Shown: in pieces, positions 37,564-47,070 of the stretch
Layout: every line of letters begins with the position of its first letter
Position numbering within the stretch: the first letter of the stretch is position 1
Assembly (NCBI GenBank): GCA_903897805.1
Contig: CAIUCV010000005.1
Location: forward strand, 2,384 to 66,383
DNA from: Candidatus Yanofskybacteria bacterium
Lineage (GTDB): Bacteria > Patescibacteriota > Minisyncoccia > 2-02-FULL-40-12 > IGHO2-01-FULL-4-A
Length of the DNA stretch: 64,000 nucleotides
Reading direction: 5' to 3'
Notes under the pieces: generated by a model
Told to the model about the DNA's origin: nothing
Seen by the model: the letters and a program-made list of their open reading frames with translations, nothing else
The model's database searches: none
Made by a program: the position numbers and the translations under genes

Positions 37564-39150
37564 CTAGATAGCTGAGGCCAGCGGATCATTTTCCGGCTTA
37601 ATCCTATAGGCAATGGCTTCTGCAATATGGTTTGCCCGGATTATCTCCTCATTATTGTCTAGATCGGCGATGGTGCGTGCTATTTTTAGGATTTTGTGAT
37701 AACCGCGGACAGAAAGATTGTGCGAAGTAACCGCGTTTTTTATCAAATTTTCGGCCGCCACATCAACTTGGCAGTATTTTTTGATCTCCCTTGGCCCCAT
37801 TTCGGCATTGACCTGCAAACTAGTGCCGGCAAATCTTTTTTGCTGGACTTGTCTTGCCTCCGCAACTATTTGCCCAATTTCCTCGCTTTTTGGTCCCTCG
37901 GCCTCACCGCTCATTTTCTCATATGTTTCGCGTGGAACATTTATCTGGATATCAATTCTGTCCAGCACCGGACCCGAGATTTTCCTTTGATATTTATAAA
38001 TTGACTGAGCCGTGCAAATGCACGCCTTTGCCTCATCGCCGTAGTTCCCGCAAGGGCAAGGGTTCATAGCGCCAACCAGCATAAAGCGAGAGGGGAACTT
38101 GACCGAGCCGGAAGCTCTTGATACGACAATTTCCCCACTTTCCAGCGGCTGGCGCAGGGCCTCAATTACATTCCGCGGGAATTCCGGCAACTCATCCATA
38201 AATAGCACTCCGCGATGAGCGAGTGATATTTCGCCCGGTTTTGGCCATGTACCCCCGCCAGTTACTGCGACGGCGGAAGTGGTGTGGTGAGGATTGCGGA
38301 ACGGCCTTTTTGAAATAATCGGCTGATTGTTAATTAGGCCGCAGATACTGTAGATTTTAGTGACTTCCAGAGCTTCTTCTTGGCTCATGCGAGGCAGGAT
38401 TCCGGCTAGCGCTTTGGCAAGAAGCGTCTTGCCCGAACCGGGCGGGCCATAAAGCAGCAAGTTATGTCCGCCGCTAGCGGCAATCACTAGGGCGCGTTTA
38501 GCATTTTCCTGGCCTTTTATGTGGGAAATGTCAAAATCTTCCTCCTCGTTTTTTTCTTGGATTTCCTTTACGAATTGGTCATAGTCAATAGTTTTGGCCG
38601 CTTCTATTTGCGTTTTGCCTTGAAGATAGCCAGCCAACTCGCCGAGCGTTTTTACCCCGATAACTCTCATGTCTTTAACAATAGAGGCCTCACCCACATT
38701 GTCTTGGGGAATGACGATCTCTTTAAACCCCTTTCTTTTTGCCATGAGAGTAATCGGTAAAACGCCGCTGATTTTTCTCAAGGAACCATCCAAAGAAAGT
38801 TCCCCCAGGAAAACCTTGTCTTTGCCGTCAAATTTTAGTTGAGCTGTGGCCAGCAAGTAGCCGAGGGCTATAGGCAAATCATAAGCCGGCCCTTCTTTTT
38901 TAATATCGGCAGGGGCTAAATTCACAATTATTTTCCTGTTTTTCTGACTGGGTGCAATAAAACCGCTATTTCTGATAGCGGAAGCGATGCGGTCTTTAGA
39001 TTCTTCAACTGTTTTGTCGGGCAAGCCGACTATACTGAAAAAATGAAGACCTGGAGTAGAATCTACCTCAACTTCAATAGGAAAAGCGTCAATGCCTATT
39101 ATGGCGCCGGAAAAAACACGGACAGAGGGCATAATATTAAAAGCTGACAC
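37564..39150 (-). CDS. comM: Mg-chelatase-like AAA+ ATPase YifB/ComM
   Basis: N-terminal Lon-like domain, Walker A GPPGSGKT, 528 aa. Confidence 0.85.
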   Translation of the reverse strand: MSAFNIMPSVRVFSGAIIGIDAFPIEVEVDSTPGLHFFSIVGLPDKTVEESKDRIASAIRNSGFIAPSQKNRKIIVNLAPADIKKEGPAYDLPIALGYLLATAQLKFDGKDKVFLGELSLDGSLRKISGVLPITLMAKRKGFKEIVIPQDNVGEASIVKDMRVIGVKTLGELAGYLQGKTQIEAAKTIDYDQFVKEIQEKNEEEDFDISHIKGQENAKRALVIAASGGHNLLLYGPPGSGKTLLAKALAGILPRMSQEEALEVTKIYSICGLINNQPIISKRPFRNPHHTTSAVAVTGGGTWPKPGEISLAHRGVLFMDELPEFPRNVIEALRQPLESGEIVVSRASGSVKFPSRFMLVGAMNPCPCGNYGDEAKACICTAQSIYKYQRKISGPVLDRIDIQINVPRETYEKMSGEAEGPKSEEIGQIVAEARQVQQKRFAGTSLQVNAEMGPREIKKYCQVDVAAENLIKNAVTSHNLSVRGYHKILKIARTIADLDNNEEIIRANHIAEAIAYRIKPENDPLASAI

Positions 39151-39156
39151 TACCTC

Positions 39157-39531
39157 CTAAGCAAGGGTTGCTTTTTTAGCGCAGTCAAAACAGAACTTTG
39201 CTACTGGGACAACTTTAAGACGTTTTTGGTCAATGGGTGAAAGGCACTTTTCGCAGGTTCCGTAAGTGCCTTCGTCAATTTTTCTAAGAGTATCGTTTAT
39301 TTCATGCAGGCGCAACTCAAAGTTTTGTTCAACCGCCCTATCTTCCTCGTAATCGGTTATGCTATGCGCCTGTTCATCTAAAGTATCGCCCGGCTCGGAC
39401 TTATGGAAATGAGCCTGATAATCGTCTTCAACGGAAGGATTCTTAGTTGCAATGCGATTAAGCTCGGCCTCAAGGGTCTTCTTTTCTTCCAGTAAATCTT
39501 CCTTTAATTTTTTCACTTCATCTGGAGTCAT
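39157..39531 (-). CDS. DksA/TraR family C4 zinc-finger protein
   Basis: Coiled-coil N-terminus; CEKC...CFDC four-Cys finger. Confidence 0.7.
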   Translation of the reverse strand: MTPDEVKKLKEDLLEEKKTLEAELNRIATKNPSVEDDYQAHFHKSEPGDTLDEQAHSITDYEEDRAVEQNFELRLHEINDTLRKIDEGTYGTCEKCLSPIDQKRLKVVPVAKFCFDCAKKATLA

Positions 39532-39796
39532 GTTTTGAATTGAACAGGGATTATATCATAGGCATACGAAAAGTTGCAATACCCCTATTGCTTGTAAGAT
39601 TGGCAAAAGACGCAAAAAGGGCATTGATAAGGCCCAAAACAATGTTGCTTCAGGGCCCAATGCCCCCTCTGGCCCAAATGGGCCGAAAAAATTGCCAGTC
39701 ATTCCTGCAATGGATATTAAAATGGCTAGCACGACAAGGAACTGATATCATTTTAAATCTTCTGCAGATGATGGCAAGAGGGAACAGTGGATAACC

Positions 39797-39851
39797 GAAT
39801 GGTGTCGGCAATGATGTCGATGGTGTCAATGGTGTCGGCAATGGTGTCGGG
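39797..39851. repeat. Five degenerate direct copies of a ~12-nt motif (A)ATGGTGTCGGC
   Basis: gaatggtgtcggca atgatgtcg atggtgtca atggtgtcggca atggtgtcggg, upstream of the dksA-like gene. Confidence 0.6.
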
Positions 39852-39882
39852 ACAGTCGCAAAAATGGTGTCGCACGATGCGA
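39851..39882 (-). terminator. Perfect 13-bp palindrome AAATGGTGTCGCA-cgat-GCGACACCATTT + T5 (minus strand) built from the same repeat motif
   Basis: Terminates the 39916..41265 gene; its arms are inverted copies of the direct-repeat unit. Confidence 0.6.
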
Positions 39883-39915
39883 CACCATTTTTGACATCAT
39901 TCGTTCAGAAAACAC

Positions 39916-41265
39916 TTACTTTATCTTGTCAATAATAGAGTACGTCTGTTCCCTGGAATTCGTGATAACAAGAAAGGTCTCACCATTGCTTGCCGTAACA
40001 ATAGCGTAGTCCGTAGTTTTGTTAGGATCGGGAAAATTCCTATACCTTATTACTACGCCGTTATAGGTATTATCCAGGAAGGTGGTTGAGGCCGCTTTGG
40101 CCGGGTTAAGAAGGAAAATATCCTTTAGCCCTTGCGTTATCGTTCCTTCCCAATTGCCCATAGCCGTAAAAGCCGCGGTGGGATCATTTAACTCTATAAG
40201 CAGACCGTAGCCGTTAACATTGTCCGACTTGTACAAAACCGACAGGTAAAAATTATCTTTGGCTGCCGCAATCAGTTCGGTGGGTGCTTGGATGAGAAGA
40301 CCGCCCAGGAATTCGCTAAGCGTGTACCCATTGCCGGTAGCGGGGTTTAAAATTTTATAGAGCGCCGGCTCCCTTGATGATATGAGCGATTCTTTGTTTA
40401 TGGAGTTGTCAAATCTGGTTATAAAATTTGCGCCAAGCGAAATACTAGCCGAATTAACGATAGAGAAGCTGTTTTCAATTGAAACCGGCGTCGGTGTTGG
40501 GGTGGCGGTGTAAGTCGGTGTCGGGCTGATTGCTATCTCCGGTGCTGAAGGTCCGCGCAGGACGAAAAACCAAACCAGAAACGCTACAACAGCTAACCCT
40601 CCCGCGAGCAAAACCAATCTTTTCCAGTTTACCCTACCGCCCATTGGCACGCTAAGTCCTGCCGGTTTTGTCGCGGGACCAGCTGGCGGAATCGTAGGCA
40701 TCGAAGGAAAGGATGGAAGCTTGGTGCTAGGAAGCGACCTCGATTTCTCAAGCTCTCCAAGTCTAACTTCTTGAGCCGGCCTTGGCGGCATTATGATTTT
40801 AGGACCAGGGGCTCCTACTGGAGGAGGCGTTACGTCCTTTTCCGACTGTTTTTCTACCTGAAAACCGGTGGGCGCCTGCCCCTTTTTAATAGCGGTTATG
40901 TCTTCCTGCATTGTCCTGATTGAGGATTTGAAAACGGGTGGCGCTCCCGGCATTTCTGTCTTTGGCGGAGCTTGGACTGGTTTTATGTCCGGATTGGGTT
41001 GAGGTCCTTGCATGGGCGATCTGAGGAAGGGAGTGGGTGCCGGACTTATTCCTTCTTTTATGGGTAGATTAGGGGGAATAGGCCTGCCTGTCGGCGAGGC
41101 AGATCCTCCTGACGACGGGGTTGACCCCGTCAAATCCCGCAAGGTGGGAACCCCAAGGGGGTTATTTGACGGGGTTGACTGTGAGCCTGCCGGCGGTATC
41201 TTAATCTGCGGGCTTATTGGGCTCGCCGAACTTGGAGCATCCGAGAGCTTTGTTGGATCTGCCAT
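39916..41265 (-). CDS. Membrane protein with ~200-aa Pro-rich cytoplasmic N-terminus, one TM, C-terminal extracytoplasmic domain
   Basis: Hydrophobic helix LVLLAGGLAVVAFLVWFFVL at residues ~215-235. Confidence 0.5.
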   Translation of the reverse strand: MADPTKLSDAPSSASPISPQIKIPPAGSQSTPSNNPLGVPTLRDLTGSTPSSGGSASPTGRPIPPNLPIKEGISPAPTPFLRSPMQGPQPNPDIKPVQAPPKTEMPGAPPVFKSSIRTMQEDITAIKKGQAPTGFQVEKQSEKDVTPPPVGAPGPKIIMPPRPAQEVRLGELEKSRSLPSTKLPSFPSMPTIPPAGPATKPAGLSVPMGGRVNWKRLVLLAGGLAVVAFLVWFFVLRGPSAPEIAISPTPTYTATPTPTPVSIENSFSIVNSASISLGANFITRFDNSINKESLISSREPALYKILNPATGNGYTLSEFLGGLLIQAPTELIAAAKDNFYLSVLYKSDNVNGYGLLIELNDPTAAFTAMGNWEGTITQGLKDIFLLNPAKAASTTFLDNTYNGVVIRYRNFPDPNKTTDYAIVTASNGETFLVITNSREQTYSIIDKIK

Positions 41266-41344
41266 TTAAGATTGGGTCCTTGGTTTATTTTTTTAGTTTT
41301 TAGAAAGCACTATTTCTAAAACCCAAAATCTAAACCTAAAACCT

Positions 41345-43453
41345 CTATTTCATTGTCAAATTAATTCTACCATAGTCATCTATATTTTTCACACGGACAT
41401 GGACAACTTGGCCGATTTTTAGAACGTCGGACAGACGACCAATGCGTTCCTTGGATATTTCGGAAACGTGGACCAGCCCTTCTTTGCCAGGTAAATACTC
41501 AACCATAGCGCCAAAATCGAGCAATCTGGAGACCTTGCCGTCAAATTCATCTCCCGGCTTGGCTTCGTAGGTGGAGTTTCTTATTAGAGCGATTGCTTTT
41601 TCCATATTTTCCGGCTTGTCAGAAGTTATGAACACCGAACCGTCATCCTCAATATCTATCTCCGCGCCGGTTTGTTCTATTATCTCATTGATGTTTTTTC
41701 CCTGAGGACCTATGAGTGCCCCGATTTTCTCCGGGTTTATCTTGATGATTTGTACTCTCGGGGCGTAGGGTGACAATTCTTTCCGGGGAGCAGGGATGGC
41801 CTTGGCCATAACTTCGAGAATTTCTAGCCGTGCCTTTTTAGCTTGTGTTAGGGCTTCTTTGAGGATTTTTTCGTTTATGCCCTCAACCTTTACGTCCATT
41901 TGTATTGCGGTCACCCCGTCTTTAGTACCGGCAACTTTCAAATCCATATCCCCGTGGTGGTCTTCGGGGCCTTGAATATCGGTCAGGATTTTATACTTGT
42001 CACCTTTCTCATCAAACATCAAGCCCATCGCGATTCCGGCAGCCGGCGCTTTCACCGGAACTCCGCCGTCCATCAGGGCAAGCGACGAACCGCAGACAGA
42101 AGCCATTGACGACGAGCCATTGGAAGAAAGGATTTCCGATACTAAGCGTATTGTATATGGGAAGTCATCTTTGCTCGGGATGAGCGGTTCCAAAGCCCTT
42201 TCGGCTAGCGCTCCGTGTCCTATTTCACGCCTGCCACCGCTGCCCATTCGCCCGGTTTCGCCGACGCAAAATGGCGGAAAAACATAATGGTGCATAAACC
42301 GTTTTTTGGTAAGCTCTATCTCCATCGTCTCAACCCACTGTTCCATGCCCGGGGCGGCCAGAGTTAAACTGGTAAGCGCTTGGGTAGTACCCCTGTTGAA
42401 CAATCCCGTCCCATGCGAGTGGGGAAGAATGCCAATCTCCGCCGTAATTTCTCTTAGTTCGTCAATTTTCCTGCCATCGGGTCTTTTCTCCGATTCAAGA
42501 ATATTTTTGTGGACTATGCGGTTTATTTCTTCTTCAAAAATAAGTTTGGCTTCGGCCAGTTTTTTATCAATGTCGGGGTGTGCCGCGAACTCCGTTTTTA
42601 AGAATTCGTCCAATTCACCCTCAATCCTATCAAGGCCCTCAATATATTCATGTTTGTGGGGGGTATATAGAACTTTCTCAAGTTTGGGAGAGACAAAATC
42701 TCTTACAATTTTGGCAATTGCTTCATCGCGGGCCGGTCCTCCGAGCTCTTTTTTACTTGGCGACAATTCTTTGGCTATCTTTTTCTGCAGTTTTATCAAT
42801 CCCCGAAGCTCGTCCAACGCATATACGGAGGCCTTGACGATATCTTCTTCGGACACGATCTTGGCACCGGCCTCAATCATGTTGATTTTATTTTCCGTGC
42901 CGGCGACGACTATATCAAAATCGCTTTGCAACCTTTCTTCGTACGTGGGATTGATTATCAATTTGCCGTTGACGCGGCCAACTCTGGCGGCGGCTATCGG
43001 ACCGTCAAAAGGAATGTTGGAAATCATAAGGGCTAACGATGCGCCGAAAAGCGCCGGGATGTCCGGGTCGTTGATGCCGTCAAAAGAAAGCACCATGGCC
43101 ACTACTTGGATGTCATTGCGGATGTTTTGGTTAAAGCGCGGCCTTAGAGAACGGTCAATCAGGCGCGAGGTTAAAATGGCCTCATCCGAAGGTCTGGTTT
43201 CGCGCTTTATCCATTTAGAACCCTTTATTTTCCCGGCGGCGTAATATTTTTCCTCGTAATCAACCGAGAGGGGAAAGTAGCTGGTGCCCTCTTTCGGCTC
43301 TTTGGCCGCCGTGGCAGTAGCCAAAACAGTTGTCTCGCCGTATTGCACGCGGCAGGAACCATTTGCCTGGCCGGCAAGGCGGCCAATTTCAACGAAGAGC
43401 GGTTTTCCCGCAAATTCTGCAGAGTATGTCTTTATTGCCATTTTTCCGGACAA
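41345..43453 (-). CDS. pnp: Polynucleotide phosphorylase
   Basis: Two RNase PH domains, KH and S1 domains at the C-terminus; 702 aa. Confidence 0.9.
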   Translation of the reverse strand: MSGKMAIKTYSAEFAGKPLFVEIGRLAGQANGSCRVQYGETTVLATATAAKEPKEGTSYFPLSVDYEEKYYAAGKIKGSKWIKRETRPSDEAILTSRLIDRSLRPRFNQNIRNDIQVVAMVLSFDGINDPDIPALFGASLALMISNIPFDGPIAAARVGRVNGKLIINPTYEERLQSDFDIVVAGTENKINMIEAGAKIVSEEDIVKASVYALDELRGLIKLQKKIAKELSPSKKELGGPARDEAIAKIVRDFVSPKLEKVLYTPHKHEYIEGLDRIEGELDEFLKTEFAAHPDIDKKLAEAKLIFEEEINRIVHKNILESEKRPDGRKIDELREITAEIGILPHSHGTGLFNRGTTQALTSLTLAAPGMEQWVETMEIELTKKRFMHHYVFPPFCVGETGRMGSGGRREIGHGALAERALEPLIPSKDDFPYTIRLVSEILSSNGSSSMASVCGSSLALMDGGVPVKAPAAGIAMGLMFDEKGDKYKILTDIQGPEDHHGDMDLKVAGTKDGVTAIQMDVKVEGINEKILKEALTQAKKARLEILEVMAKAIPAPRKELSPYAPRVQIIKINPEKIGALIGPQGKNINEIIEQTGAEIDIEDDGSVFITSDKPENMEKAIALIRNSTYEAKPGDEFDGKVSRLLDFGAMVEYLPGKEGLVHVSEISKERIGRLSDVLKIGQVVHVRVKNIDDYGRINLTMK

Positions 43454-43655
43454 TTAAATAGAAGAGGGGAGTAACTATCCGAAATTTCTAATTCCTAATT
43501 CCTAATTTCTAAACAAATCCCAAGTACCAAGTCCCAAACAGTTTTAGAAATTTGGACATTGGAATTTAGAATTTGTTTAGAATTTTGGATTTAGTATTTC
43601 GGATTTCCGGTGCGTAGCACCGGCCGTTCCTCTCCGCTGGCTATTTAGTTGTCAA
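43454..43655 (-). promoter_or_regulatory. pnp 5' leader with a long imperfect palindrome built from TTCTAA/TTAGAA-type repeats plus hairpin CCGGTGC-gta-GCACCGG
   Basis: Arms ccgaaatttctaattcctaattcctaatttctaaacaaat / atttgtttagaattttggatttagtatttcgg. Confidence 0.45.
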
Positions 43656-44186
43656 TTAATAAATTAAAAACTTTTTAGGGTCGTCTCCAAGGTCGGTGAA
43701 AACATCCACGGCTTCTTTAAGTTTGGCCGAAGTTGAGCGGCCGAAAGATACCACTTCCACCTTCAATCCTTTGGAGATGTGGAGATATTCAACCAAGGGA
43801 ATAAAGTCGCCATCCCCGCTCATTATGATGGCGACATCAATTTTGTCGGCCAAAATAACAGCATCTATTGCCAAACCGACATCCCAATCAGCCTTTTTCA
43901 TCCCGCCGGGAAAGATCTGCAAGTCCTTTTCCTTTATTTCAAACCCGCCCTTCTCAAGCGCCTCAACGAATGCTTTTTCTTCCCCGCTTTCTGTCCTGAT
44001 GACGTAAATAAAAGCGCGTATCAGGCGTCTTTTGCCCACGGCGGATTCAAGCACCTTTTTGAAATTGACCTTGGCATGGTAAAGGTTCTTGGCGGAATGG
44101 TACATATTCTGGGCGTCAACAAAAACTCCCACCCTTTGGTGCTGGGAGGTTATTTCCGGGTTTTTTTGTCTTTTCTTTTCCAACAT
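43656..44186 (-). CDS. NYN-domain (LabA-like) protein
   Basis: VFVDAQN...DVGLAIDA...SGDGDF motifs of the NYN/PIN-like nuclease fold. Confidence 0.7.
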   Translation of the reverse strand: MLEKKRQKNPEITSQHQRVGVFVDAQNMYHSAKNLYHAKVNFKKVLESAVGKRRLIRAFIYVIRTESGEEKAFVEALEKGGFEIKEKDLQIFPGGMKKADWDVGLAIDAVILADKIDVAIIMSGDGDFIPLVEYLHISKGLKVEVVSFGRSTSAKLKEAVDVFTDLGDDPKKFLIY

Positions 44187-44191
44187 AGCCG

Positions 44192-44458
44192 TTATCTCTT
44201 GAGATCCAGTTCCTTGATGATCTTTGCGTATCTGGACGGGGCCTCTTTTTTCAGATAATCCAAGAGCCGTTTGCGCTTGGCCACCATCTTCAAAAGACCG
44301 GTACGAGAACTGTTGTCCTTTGAATGCTTCTTAAGATGCTTAGCCAGGGCCTCAATTTCTTCTGTAAATAAAGCAATCTGGACCTCCGATGAGCCGGTGT
44401 CGCCCTCATGCGTGGCGTGTTTGGTCACAACCTTCTGTTTTTGTTTGGGGTTTAACAT
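44192..44458 (-). CDS. rpsO: 30S ribosomal protein S15 (start trimmed to Met13 giving 88 aa)
   Basis: HEGDTGSSEVQIALFTEEI...RTGLLKMVAKRKRLLDYL S15 signature. Classical rpsO-pnp linkage, here with the NYN gene between them. Confidence 0.75.
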   Translation of the reverse strand: MLNPKQKQKVVTKHATHEGDTGSSEVQIALFTEEIEALAKHLKKHSKDNSSRTGLLKMVAKRKRLLDYLKKEAPSRYAKIIKELDLKR

Positions 44459-44522
44459 CGAACTTATAATAGCATAAACCGTACCCCCTTGCAATTTTTA
44501 TCGGCCGTGCTAGGATAAGGAC

Positions 44523-44743
44523 GACGGCGATACGATTCACCGCCGGTAGCACCCGCCGACCATAACCAGTCGGCCGGCCAAACAGTCCGCGGGACTTTGT
44601 GTCTCCGGGGCTCGCTCTTTGTACCGCTGGCACATGAGGGATAAATGCCAGTGCCGTACGACCATTCTGTGACCTGCAGACCCTCGTAGTACCTCTCAGG
44701 ACCGAATCCTTTCTCCCTCACCGGATTCGGTCTTTTATTTTTG
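44523..44743 (+). ncRNA. Candidate small RNA or leader: GC-rich (~60%) ~220-nt segment between a TTGCAA-16-TAGGAT promoter-like element and a strong intrinsic terminator; no convincing ORF
   Basis: Promoter-like element at 44489..44516. Several stable hairpins. Terminator hairpin GACCGAATCC-n13-GGATTCGGTC + TTTTATTTTT at 44699..44743. Only a 14-codon ORF is present. Confidence 0.25.
44699..44743 (+). terminator. Strong rho-independent terminator (10-bp stem + T-run)
   Basis: Seen directly, 65 nt upstream of the xerD-like start. Confidence 0.7.
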
Positions 44744-44807
44744 CCAAAGATTTGCCAAGCGGCTCAGTCATGTCGCAAAATATAGCCCCTGTGGTAAAAT
44801 AAAGGCG

Positions 44808-45731
44808 ATGACCGTAAAAGACCTCAAATCACAATTTCTGGAATATATGGAAATAGAAAAGAACCGTTCGCCGAAAACGATTGAGAATTATAACCATTAC
44901 CTGACCCGCTTTATCAGTTTCGCCAAAGTTGAAAATCCGAGAGACATTACGGAGGAAACCATCCGCAAATACCGCCTCACACTTAATAGGACGACGGACG
45001 AGCGGGGGAAACCCCTGAAGAAGGTTACTCAAAATTACCACGTCATTGCCCTGCGGTCATTTCTAAAATATCTTGCCAAGCGCGACATCAGAGTCGTCCC
45101 TGCCGAGAAGATTGAGCTGGGCAAGCAGGAAGAGCGGGAAGTTGTTTTTTTGGAATCATCGGAACTGGAAAGGTTTTTGCGCGCACCGCAAGGGGAGACC
45201 TTAAGCAACCTCCGTGACCGGGCGATCTTGGAGACGCTTTTTTCAACCGGCCTGCGCGTGTCGGAACTGTGCTCGCTGGATCAGGACGATATTGACTTGA
45301 AGAGGGGAGAGTTTTCGGTTAGGGGGAAGGGGAGCAAATTGCGTATGGTTTTTTTGTCCGAACAGTCAAAGACGGCAATCTCAAGCTATTTAGACAAGCG
45401 GCAGGACGCTGACGAAGCGCTGTTTATCCGCGTGCCCCGCAATGAGCGTTTTGAAAAATATGAGGAATTGCGCCTTACGCCGCGCAGCGTTCAGAGGATT
45501 GTAAAAAAGTATGCCATTGCCGCCGGTATCGTCGGTAAAAAAGTCAGCCCTCATAGTTTGCGCCACTCCTTTGCCACAGATTTATTGCGAAACGGCGCGG
45601 ACATCCGCTCGGTGCAGGCCTTGCTCGGCCACTCCTCCATCACCACGACCCAGATTTATACCCACGTAACCGATAAACAACTCCGGGAAATTCATCAAAA
45701 GTTTCACGGCAAAACAAAAACCGCTCAATAG
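44808..45731 (+). CDS. xerD: Tyrosine recombinase, XerC/XerD family (could alternatively act as an integrase)
   Basis: C-terminal HSLRHSFAT...LLGHSSITTTQIYTHV with R-H-R-Y catalytic residues; 307 aa. Confidence 0.75.
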   Translation: MTVKDLKSQFLEYMEIEKNRSPKTIENYNHYLTRFISFAKVENPRDITEETIRKYRLTLNRTTDERGKPLKKVTQNYHVIALRSFLKYLAKRDIRVVPAEKIELGKQEEREVVFLESSELERFLRAPQGETLSNLRDRAILETLFSTGLRVSELCSLDQDDIDLKRGEFSVRGKGSKLRMVFLSEQSKTAISSYLDKRQDADEALFIRVPRNERFEKYEELRLTPRSVQRIVKKYAIAAGIVGKKVSPHSLRHSFATDLLRNGADIRSVQALLGHSSITTTQIYTHVTDKQLREIHQKFHGKTKTAQ

Positions 45732-45766
45732 GGCGGTTCTGAAAAAGAACTATTTACTAACCCATG

Positions 45767-46723
45767 CTACTTTGGCTTACCACCTGCTTGTCCCGGGTCG
45801 CGGGAGATAGGAGCTGTAGCTGAGGGAGGGCTGGAAGACGATATGGTTCCGGAAGTCCCGGCAGAAGTGGCAGGAACCGTTGCGTAGCCAAGATTGGGAT
45901 TGTAGGTAGGAGTTATAACGCTGCTGCCCGGTGGGGTCGACCTAAATACAGTCACTGCACTCATCGGGTTCCAATAACAATCGCCGTAAAAACCGCAGTA
46001 ATTCCTAAAGGGGAGATAAGCCATCATACCGAAGTAGGGATCCCATAGCCAATCGCTGTATCTCCAAGACGTTAACATTCGCCCACCATAGATTGACCTT
46101 GCCGCGGATAAGCTTGCCATGGCCAGGTATCCTGCCCGCCGACGGCTCCATAGGGAAAGATCATCCTCTATCTTTACATTGAATTTTCCTACAGTGAGAG
46201 CGCCGTTAAAGTTAACTTGTTTTCCTTTCCCCGCAAAAATAGTTTTGCCCCCGAATTCTACTTTTGCTTTACCTTTGTAAACTTGAAATCTGGTCAAGTC
46301 GGCATCCAGTCGATATAGACCGTTTTTCAGTAAATACGCAGTCATATTCTTGCATCTAAGAACGACGACATTATTTTTGGTATTCTCAACGTATTCCACA
46401 ATGATTGAGCCGCTCCGGAGTTCCAGCTCGGTGTTCAGTAGTTTGCTTGAAACGACTCGCAAATCACTATTTTCGCCCATACGCAGAAACAGCCCCGGAC
46501 CAAACAGCATTTCGACCCGTCCTTGTCCGGTTTGGATTTGGTCACTGTCCTTAAATAGAGGGAAAACCCCGAACTTTGGTTCCAATAGCTGATTATTTAC
46601 CAAAACCTTGCCTTCAGTGTAATGAATTAAACCGCCCTTTGCCGGAATGACCTGTTGGGCAAATCCCACACTGCTGACCGCAAAGAAGAAAAGGGTAATG
46701 ATGTTGCTGGCAGTCCGTTTCAT
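45767..46723 (-). CDS. Secreted FecR-domain-like protein
   Basis: Signal peptide. GKVLVNN...GQGRVEMLFGPGLFLRMGENSDLRV resembles the FecR (PF04773) pattern. RBS GGGAGGAAAT. Confidence 0.45.
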   Translation of the reverse strand: MKRTASNIITLFFFAVSSVGFAQQVIPAKGGLIHYTEGKVLVNNQLLEPKFGVFPLFKDSDQIQTGQGRVEMLFGPGLFLRMGENSDLRVVSSKLLNTELELRSGSIIVEYVENTKNNVVVLRCKNMTAYLLKNGLYRLDADLTRFQVYKGKAKVEFGGKTIFAGKGKQVNFNGALTVGKFNVKIEDDLSLWSRRRAGYLAMASLSAARSIYGGRMLTSWRYSDWLWDPYFGMMAYLPFRNYCGFYGDCYWNPMSAVTVFRSTPPGSSVITPTYNPNLGYATVPATSAGTSGTISSSSPPSATAPISRDPGQAGGKPK

Positions 46724-46860
46724 ATTTCCTCCCGTTTTTAAAGACCGCCCTCAAATATTAGCCCCGCAAGAAGAAGGGGTCAAGCCATCAGGGACGGCTG
46801 GCGAAGTCATTTTTTATCGTTCCCACAAAATAAAACAGCCGTAACGGCCGTTTTAATTTG

Positions 46861-46873
46861 TGGAGATGTGGGC
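46861..46873. repeat. 13-nt direct repeat of the tmRNA 3'-end sequence (GTGGAGATGTGGG), 210 bp from the tmRNA 3' end
   Basis: Identical 13-mer at 46861..46873 and 47071..47083; chance expectation in 64 kb is ~0.001. Confidence 0.6.
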
Positions 46874-47027
46874 ATTGAAGCCAACTGCTTGGCTTCAATC
46901 GGAATTTTAGCGAGGCCTCCGTGCCGAGCGGCTTAAAATCAGAATGATTTTAAGAAAAATTCAGGGAAGAACTTATCGCCCGAAGGGCGATTGTTCAACT
47001 CCGCAGCTTTGCTGCAATAATAAAACA

Positions 47028-47059
47028 AAAAGCGTCCTTTAATGGGACGCCTTTTGTTT
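47028..47059. terminator. Bidirectional terminator (AGCGTCC-tttaat-GGACGCC flanked by A- and T-runs) immediately 3' of the tmRNA
   Basis: Seen directly. Confidence 0.65.
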
Positions 47060-47070
47060 TATTACCACAG

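Noticed and set aside
42306-43244. 312-aa plus-strand ORF inside pnp
   Set aside because: It is antisense to PNPase, whose KH and S1 domains are intact. It is serine-rich and has no translation signals.
44406-44721. Minus-strand ORFs 44406..44633 and 44464..44721 in the GC-rich segment upstream of rpsO
   Set aside because: They overlap the rpsO start and a plus-strand terminator and have no RBS. GC-rich DNA inflates ORF length. The segment is better explained as a non-coding leader or sRNA candidate.
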